Program-made: the position numbers and the translations under genes
Notes under the pieces: model-generated
Database searches by the model: none
The model's input: the letters and a program-made list of their open reading frames with translations, nothing else
Told to the model about the DNA's origin: nothing
In this document: one piece after another, positions 28,613 to 34,167 of the stretch
Position numbering within the stretch: the first letter of the stretch is position 1
How the letters are laid out: each line of letters begins with the position of its first letter
NCBI GenBank assembly: GCA_034408725.1
Contig: JAWXCN010000031.1
Location: 1-34,167, forward strand
Direction of reading: 5' to 3'
Source: Candidatus Hydrogenedentota bacterium
Lineage (GTDB): Bacteria; Hydrogenedentota; Hydrogenedentia; Hydrogenedentales; SLHB01
DNA length: 34,167 nucleotides

Positions 28613-28654
28613 TCCTCGCTGTCGAACGCCAAACCAGAATTTATATCGCCGCGG

Positions 28655-28683
28655 TTGCATTCATTTCGTCCCTGTGTTAGCAT
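28655..28683 (+). promoter_or_regulatory. Putative sigma70 promoter for pyrG
   Basis: TTGCAT-17 nt-TAGCAT with an extended -10 TG. Confidence 0.5.
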
Positions 28684-28856
28684 GCAATCCCGTTAGGGAT
28701 AACGGGAAATCACCCTCCTCTTAAACCTAGCCCCAGGTATTTTCGCGCCGGTTGCGCCGCATTTTTTGGGGGACCTTTCCGCAGTTGCCCGGCGGCACGA
28801 CAGCACGCTCGATAGCAGAACGCCCTAGCGGAATGGGCGACAGGGAGACCGGCCTA

Positions 28857-30491
28857 ATGCCGAAGTATGTATTCATCACGGGCGGGGTGGTTTCATCTGT
28901 CGGAAAGGGTGTCGCGGCCGCCAGTCTGGGGCTGCTGCTCGAGGCGCGCGGGCTAAATGTCGCGATCATGAAATTGGACCCGTATATCAACATCGATCCG
29001 GGAACGATGAATCCATTCGAACACGGCGAGGTGTTCGTCACGCACGATGGCGCGGAAACCGATCTCGATTTGGGTCATTACCAGCGGTTCACCCATGCGA
29101 AGATCAGCCAGAAGAGCAATATCACGACGGGCGGCGTGTACCACGCCGTTATCGAAAAAGAAAGGCGCGGCGAATATTTGGGCAAGACGGTGCAGGTGAT
29201 TCCGCACATTACGGACGAAATTAAGCGCCGCATCCGGATGCTGACCGCGGAGCCGGAAGACGAAGCAGACATCGCGCTAATTGAAGTCGGGGGGACCGTA
29301 GGCGATATCGAAAGCCTGCCATTTCTCGAAGCGATTCGCCAATTCAATCTCGATGTTTACCCGACTCCCTGCTGCAACGTACACGTCACGCTGGTGCCGT
29401 TTATCGAAGCCGCGGGAGAACTCAAGACAAAACCCACGCAACACAGCGTGAGCGCATTGCGCGAGATTGGCATACAGCCCAACGTCATCATCTGCCGCAC
29501 GGGTACCCACGAACTTGGCGCCGATCAGCGGCGGAAAATCGCCATGTTCTGTAACGTCACGGAAGACGCGATCATCGGGGCAACGGACGTCCGGCCGATC
29601 TATGCGATACCGCTCAACTTTCACAAACAGGGATTTGACGATATTGTTTTGAAGCGGCTGGGTATCGACGCGCCCGCGCCGGATTTATCGGCCTGGACGG
29701 CGATGGTGGATCGGATCGTGAATCCAAAGAACGAAGTGCGTATCGCGGCGATTGGGAAGTATATCGACCACGATGACGCCTACAAAAGCATTAACGAAGC
29801 GTTCGTACACGCGGGCGTGGCCAATGATTGCAAAGTGAAAGTCGAATGGATTGACAGCGAGACGTTTGAAAACGGAAGTCTCCCCGATGTGCGTCTTGCC
29901 GGATTCGATGGGATCGTAGTTGGCCCAGGCTTTGGTTCACGGGGGGTCGAGGGCAAGATTCGCGCAGTGACCTACGCGCGCACTGAACTGAAACCCTTTT
30001 TCGGTATTTGTCTTGGCATGCAGATCGCCGTTATCGAAATGGCCCGTAATTGCCTCGGCTTGAGCAAGGCGAATTCGACGGAGTTCGATCTTGATACACC
30101 CGACCCGGTGATTTCGTTGTTGTCCGAACAACGCGGGGTGCGCGACCTCGGCGGGACAATGCGGCTTGGCGCGTACCGGTGCCAGCTAAAACCGGATACG
30201 AGGGCCTTCACGGCGTATGGCGAAGATGTGATTGAAGAGCGCCATCGCCACCGCTACGAATTCAATAACAACTACCGCGGCGAGCTGGAAGCAAAGGCCG
30301 GGCTGGTGGTCAGCGGAACACACCCGAAACCCGATCATGAATTGGTCGAGATTATCGAGTTGCGTGATCATCCCTGGTTCTGCGCATCACAGTTTCATCC
30401 GGAATTCACCAGCACGCCATTGCGTCCGCAGCCGTTGTTTCGCGATTTTATAAAGGCTGCGCTCGCGTATAAGAATGGCAGGCAAAGTTAG
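28857..30491 (+). CDS. pyrG: CTP synthase
   Basis: [67 protein letters not shown]. Confidence 0.98.
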   Translation: MPKYVFITGGVVSSVGKGVAAASLGLLLEARGLNVAIMKLDPYINIDPGTMNPFEHGEVFVTHDGAETDLDLGHYQRFTHAKISQKSNITTGGVYHAVIEKERRGEYLGKTVQVIPHITDEIKRRIRMLTAEPEDEADIALIEVGGTVGDIESLPFLEAIRQFNLDVYPTPCCNVHVTLVPFIEAAGELKTKPTQHSVSALREIGIQPNVIICRTGTHELGADQRRKIAMFCNVTEDAIIGATDVRPIYAIPLNFHKQGFDDIVLKRLGIDAPAPDLSAWTAMVDRIVNPKNEVRIAAIGKYIDHDDAYKSINEAFVHAGVANDCKVKVEWIDSETFENGSLPDVRLAGFDGIVVGPGFGSRGVEGKIRAVTYARTELKPFFGICLGMQIAVIEMARNCLGLSKANSTEFDLDTPDPVISLLSEQRGVRDLGGTMRLGAYRCQLKPDTRAFTAYGEDVIEERHRHRYEFNNNYRGELEAKAGLVVSGTHPKPDHELVEIIELRDHPWFCASQFHPEFTSTPLRPQPLFRDFIKAALAYKNGRQS

Positions 30492-30540
30492 GGACAGTGT
30501 TCGACCACGAAAACGCGCGCGGAAGAAGGGGAAAAGCGGA

Positions 30541-30883
30541 CAGGGCAATCGCGCTTAAAACCCAGTTACTGGCGTGACGCCAAGAAAAGTGCCGCTGCAT
30601 TGAAATGCGGCTGCGGGTAGCTGCATCTTTCCATTTGCTGAACAAGATTGCTTCGCAAATTAAGCACGATTGGCCTGGCTTCGATTCACGTGAGCCTGAG
30701 CCTTCAAACTTATTGAAGCGTTCGGGTAATCCGAAGTGAAAGCGGCGCTGACACGCCGCAGTCCAAGGCGCTGCGCGCGGCCAACAGACGTCTAAAATCC
30801 GCGCGGAGCGCCTTGGACTGCGGCTGCGGGTAGCTGCCGCTTTCCATTTCCTGGGCAAGATTGCTTCGCAAATTAAGCGCGAT
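30541..30883 (-). repeat. REP/REPIN-like composite repeat, copy B (inverted relative to copy A) plus an adjacent partial copy
   Basis: 30541-30784 is the reverse complement of 6452-6736 with an internal substitution/deletion. 30796-30883 is the reverse complement of about 6566-6652. Confidence 0.85.
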
Positions 30884-31024
30884 GGCATGGAAAAGCGGAA
30901 GATCGATTGCGAGCACGAGCGGAATTGCGGGAAATGAGGCGTAGGAATTCTTGAAGAAACCTTGGGGTCGTGCTCGAAATGGGTGATAGCGGCTATGCTA
31001 CAATCGCTGCGGACGCATGTGCTG

Positions 31025-32818
31025 ATGCCCACACCTAACGATCCAAAACTGCCGTTACGCCTCGCGTTCTCGCACCGGGAGAAGGCTGACGCCGCAATTC
31101 GACAATGTGATCGTGCATTCACGCAAAAATCGATTGATCAGCAAAACCATACGGCCCAGCGCGCCGCGTTTGTGCATGAACGGCGCGTCGCCCAGCGCAC
31201 GATCGAACGCCTGACAGGTATCGAGCGGGCGCGCGTCGAAGTGCTCGAAGCGCAACGGCGGGCAGTGCTTGAAGAGCAGGTACACTTACCGGAGCGTGTG
31301 GCCGCGCACAAGCTTGCCGCCGCTGACGCCAATGATGCCAATCGCCGACTCACTCAACGGCTTGCAGAGCTCGAAATCCAGCTTGCCACAGGTAAGGCGC
31401 TTGCCGGTGCGAGAACTGCCGAGGAGCTTGGCGGATTCATCGACCTCCCAATTACGGGGTATCCGCCCGCCGAATCCGGCGCGATGGACGTGACCCTGCG
31501 CCGTCGAGAGCCAAACCATGCGCGCGACTGGTACGCCGCGTTGGCGTTTGCCATATTCGCGGGCGCGGCGGTATTTCTGCCGTGGATGAGCAAGGACGGC
31601 GTAACGACATCGCTTGCGACCGGCGGAAACGAACTTTCCCGGCTGGCGACTGCGGCTGACTTGCCAGGTTCGCTGGCGCGCTACGCGTGGATAATCCTGG
31701 CGTTCCTGCCATTTGTGGGCGTGATTGCGGCCGCGGGCAGGCGCGTAACCGCGGTGGGCTGGACGTTTCTACTTCTCGGCCTGATCATGCTCGCCGCCGT
31801 CACTTTTCCCGGTCTCATGCTGGGCGCGCGATCGGCCGGACCAGCGAATGTGTTGCAACTCATGGAATCGTTTCGAGTCGGCGCAGTGATTTATTCCGCG
31901 TGCGCGCTTGGATTTATTGTGCTCGGCGCATATCGTGTGAGCCCGCCGGGGGATTCGCTGAAGCACGCCATTTCCGTGTCCCTTGCCCTTCTTGCCGCCG
32001 TCGGCGGCGTTGGATTGCTGGCGGCGCTGGCGCTGATGGGCGTTCAAAGCATGCCCGAAGTGTCATTCACCGCGACGTTGGATGAAGCGACCCGTGACCG
32101 CATTGCATTCACGATACACAACGATGGCCGCGACAGCATCGCGTGTTTTTTTCCAATGCCCTCGAACGGCCTTGGCGCATCACCGGCCGGCAGATTGCGG
32201 ACCTTTGGTCTAAGACTTTCGATACAAGAGACGACTGCGTCCGAATTTCGCGAATCGCCACCGGCGCCATTTGTGTGGCGATTGGCGCAAGGTCCGTCGC
32301 CACAAGATGAAGCAGTCACGATTGCGCCCGGAACGGACTTAACCGGCTACCTGGATGTTCGCGAGCTGGCGGTGCTCGGGGTCGAGGCGGGAGCCGCCCG
32401 GATCGAACTCGTTCGCAGCGATGGTTCACCCATCGAACATGTCGATATCCCGCTGTCTGAGACGTATCTTTCAACGCCAGGCGCCGTCAGAGACCCCATC
32501 ATGGTGCCCGCACCACCGCCGCGTCCATCCGTTTCAGCACCCGGGCAAGCGCAGCCGCGTCAAGAGACGGTTATACCGGAGACTCCTGCGGCGCCAGCGA
32601 TTCACGTGGAGTACACGGGAAGCATAGGCGGCAAAGCCGTCATCCGCGTATACTCGGCGGACGGCGTTGTCATCGATGAGCACGTCGTGGGGCCTGGTGA
32701 CGTCGTGGCGGATGGATGGCAGGTGGTTTCCGTGGATCGCCAACCCGCGGCTGTTCAGCTAAAGCGGGAAACGAACACCGCGATCGTCCCGCGTGGGCAG
32801 CGCGTGGAACTTCGTTAG
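31025..32818 (+). CDS. Hypothetical membrane protein: N-terminal coiled coil, ~5 TM helices, extracytoplasmic beta domain, Pro-rich linker and a C-terminal GspC/PilP-like small beta domain
   Basis: Hydrophobic segments, a PAPPPRP linker and a tail 'VEYTGSIGGKAVI...VGPGDVVADGWQVVSVD'. A TGnTACAAT -10 element upstream supports ATG 31025. Confidence 0.7.
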   Translation: MPTPNDPKLPLRLAFSHREKADAAIRQCDRAFTQKSIDQQNHTAQRAAFVHERRVAQRTIERLTGIERARVEVLEAQRRAVLEEQVHLPERVAAHKLAAADANDANRRLTQRLAELEIQLATGKALAGARTAEELGGFIDLPITGYPPAESGAMDVTLRRREPNHARDWYAALAFAIFAGAAVFLPWMSKDGVTTSLATGGNELSRLATAADLPGSLARYAWIILAFLPFVGVIAAAGRRVTAVGWTFLLLGLIMLAAVTFPGLMLGARSAGPANVLQLMESFRVGAVIYSACALGFIVLGAYRVSPPGDSLKHAISVSLALLAAVGGVGLLAALALMGVQSMPEVSFTATLDEATRDRIAFTIHNDGRDSIACFFPMPSNGLGASPAGRLRTFGLRLSIQETTASEFRESPPAPFVWRLAQGPSPQDEAVTIAPGTDLTGYLDVRELAVLGVEAGAARIELVRSDGSPIEHVDIPLSETYLSTPGAVRDPIMVPAPPPRPSVSAPGQAQPRQETVIPETPAAPAIHVEYTGSIGGKAVIRVYSADGVVIDEHVVGPGDVVADGWQVVSVDRQPAAVQLKRETNTAIVPRGQRVELR

Positions 32819-32823
32819 CTCGT

Positions 32824-33654
32824 TTACGTCCGGGACTGTTTTCGTTTGCTGAAAAACGGAAACAGGCGCGCGAGTTCCGCATCGGACGGTTGATGGCCGT
32901 ACTCGCAAATCTCGAAACTTTCCGCGAACCGGGTACGCTTTGCACTTGCCGCGCCATACCATTTCTTCAGCGCGGGCGCGGCGAGCGCGGTATGTTTGGC
33001 GAAAAATGGCCGCCACGTTTTGGCCAACCACTTTCTCCGCGCAACGGGATCGTGGGGAACGTCGTTGAGATGGCCATCGAGCCACGGCAACCACTCGTAC
33101 ACTTGCGATTCCATTGCATCCAGCATGTCCAGTTTTTGGTCCATGACGTCTGTGACATCGATAGCAATGCTTGGAGCGAACCGCGCCGGTTTTGTGAAGG
33201 GATCGGAGAGATACATGAATACCGGATTTCGTTCCAACCGGGGCACTTCGGGGCAAAAGTTCGGAACGGTAACCATGAACGCCGCGTCCTGCACGAGGAT
33301 TGAAGCGTAGCGATGATCTGGATGGTAGTCATTTGGACGGTGCGTGAGAACAATGTCGGCCTCGTGCCGTCGAATAATGCCAATGACTTCGCGCCGCGCC
33401 TCAATGGTGCTCGCGAGTTCGCCGTCATGGTTGCCTAGCACAAGTGCCTGAACCCCGCCTCGTTCGGCCGACAACCGTGCTTCTCGCGCACGTCTGGCCG
33501 CGAGGGGGCCGCCGCCCATCGCGTAATGTCCCACGTCACCATTGGTCATCGATACGAACAACACGCGGTGGCCCAGGCGCGACCACTTGACTGCGGTCCC
33601 GCCGGCAAAGCACTCGCAATCATCGGGATGCGCTCCGATGCATACGATATTCAT
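32824..33654 (-). CDS. PIG-L/LmbE family N-acetyl deacetylase
   Basis: GAHPDD, TNGD.G, R..EA, YHPDH, AESF. Confidence 0.92.
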   Translation of the reverse strand: MNIVCIGAHPDDCECFAGGTAVKWSRLGHRVLFVSMTNGDVGHYAMGGGPLAARRAREARLSAERGGVQALVLGNHDGELASTIEARREVIGIIRRHEADIVLTHRPNDYHPDHRYASILVQDAAFMVTVPNFCPEVPRLERNPVFMYLSDPFTKPARFAPSIAIDVTDVMDQKLDMLDAMESQVYEWLPWLDGHLNDVPHDPVARRKWLAKTWRPFFAKHTALAAPALKKWYGAASAKRTRFAESFEICEYGHQPSDAELARLFPFFSKRKQSRT

Positions 33655-34166
33655 GGGGCGGGAGAAGGGGGTACTGCAGTGGGCGCCGCATCGGAGACGG
33701 GAGCGTTCTCCAGCGTCGGCGGTGTTACGGCTGCTGCTGCGTCACCCAGGGCTGGAGGATCCACCGGTGTGGCAATAGGCTGCTCGCCTTCCGCGCGCGC
33801 AACGTTTACGCGGATGATCGAGCCTCGCAACGCCTGCGAATACTCCTGCGACGATGCAGTTTCCGCGTTTAGTTTGTTCTCGTCGGTCCCCGGCCCCATG
33901 AGATATAAGTCGCCAACGATTTTCACGAGAAATGAATCCGGCGCCTGGCCTGCGAAAGGCTTCAGCAAATCTATCTTGGCGGACACGCCATTGCGCATCG
34001 CCTTTTTCCCCAACACCGCGGAAAACGAGCCAGCCAGTTTGTCATCAGCCATGACGCGCACGCGCACCACCGCGGGTTTTTCCATGAAATTCCGGCCGCA
34101 CTCGATCTCGAATTCGGACCACAGGCTTTCCGGCAGCGGCGGCGTTACCGTGACGTCCGAGCGAAG
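33651..34166 (-). CDS. Hypothetical protein, 5'-truncated by the window edge
   Basis: The frame is open to the window end (LRSDVTVTPPLPESLW...). Pro/Ala-rich tail; the stop overlaps the deacetylase ATG (ATGA). Confidence 0.7.
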   Translation of the reverse strand, partial: LRSDVTVTPPLPESLWSEFEIECGRNFMEKPAVVRVRVMADDKLAGSFSAVLGKKAMRNGVSAKIDLLKPFAGQAPDSFLVKIVGDLYLMGPGTDENKLNAETASSQEYSQALRGSIIRVNVARAEGEQPIATPVDPPALGDAAAAVTPPTLENAPVSDAAPTAVPPSPAP

Positions 34167-34167
34167 C

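Noticed and set aside
27398-28660. 420-aa minus-strand ORF
   Set aside because: Antisense shadow of the lytic transglycosylase, with no motifs.
28692-28710. TAGGGATAAC-GGGAAAT resembles the I-SceI site TAGGGATAACAGGGTAAT
   Set aside because: It has one deletion and one mismatch, and the local hairpin explains it. There is no other sign of engineered DNA.
28752-28856. N-terminal extensions in the ORF track for pyrG (and similarly slt, permease, GH31, PP2C)
   Set aside because: Downstream starts fit family N-termini, RBS positions or stop/start overlaps better.
30448-31122. 224-aa minus-strand ORF with an internal repeat, and the small ORFs at 6448-6922
   Set aside because: These are translations of the REP elements; they have no RBS or domain support and overlap real genes.

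Overview
A GC-rich bacterial chromosomal segment with about 27 protein-coding genes. The kinase-type WD40 protein, Tat sulfatase, GT-C/TPR proteins and GGACTGCGG-type REPs suggest a PVC- or Hydrogenedentota-like organism, but this is inference only. Recognisable genes include hflK-hflC, pyrG, a Clp/Hsp100 ATPase, a PP2C phosphatase, a sulfatase, two SDRs, GlcG, GH31, a lytic transglycosylase, a PIG-L deacetylase and a YtrA-type GntR/ABC operon with its operator palindrome. I saw no rRNA, tRNA, CRISPR array or transposase. The best novelty candidates are: (1) a 48-aa secreted peptide ending in -CIGL that is missing from the ORF track and lies directly upstream of a divergent Lgt-like gene, downstream of the GntR-ABC operon; (2) an AT-richer pair of a protein with a six-Cys tail and a trypsin-like protease; (3) a Clp ATPase lacking both the ClpP-docking loop and the ClpB middle domain, coupled to a degenerate membrane FHA protein; (4) a ~285-bp REP-based element present twice in inverted orientation; (5) a GT-C-like gene split by a -1 frameshift; (6) structured leaders upstream of pyrG and of a DUF4032-like gene.
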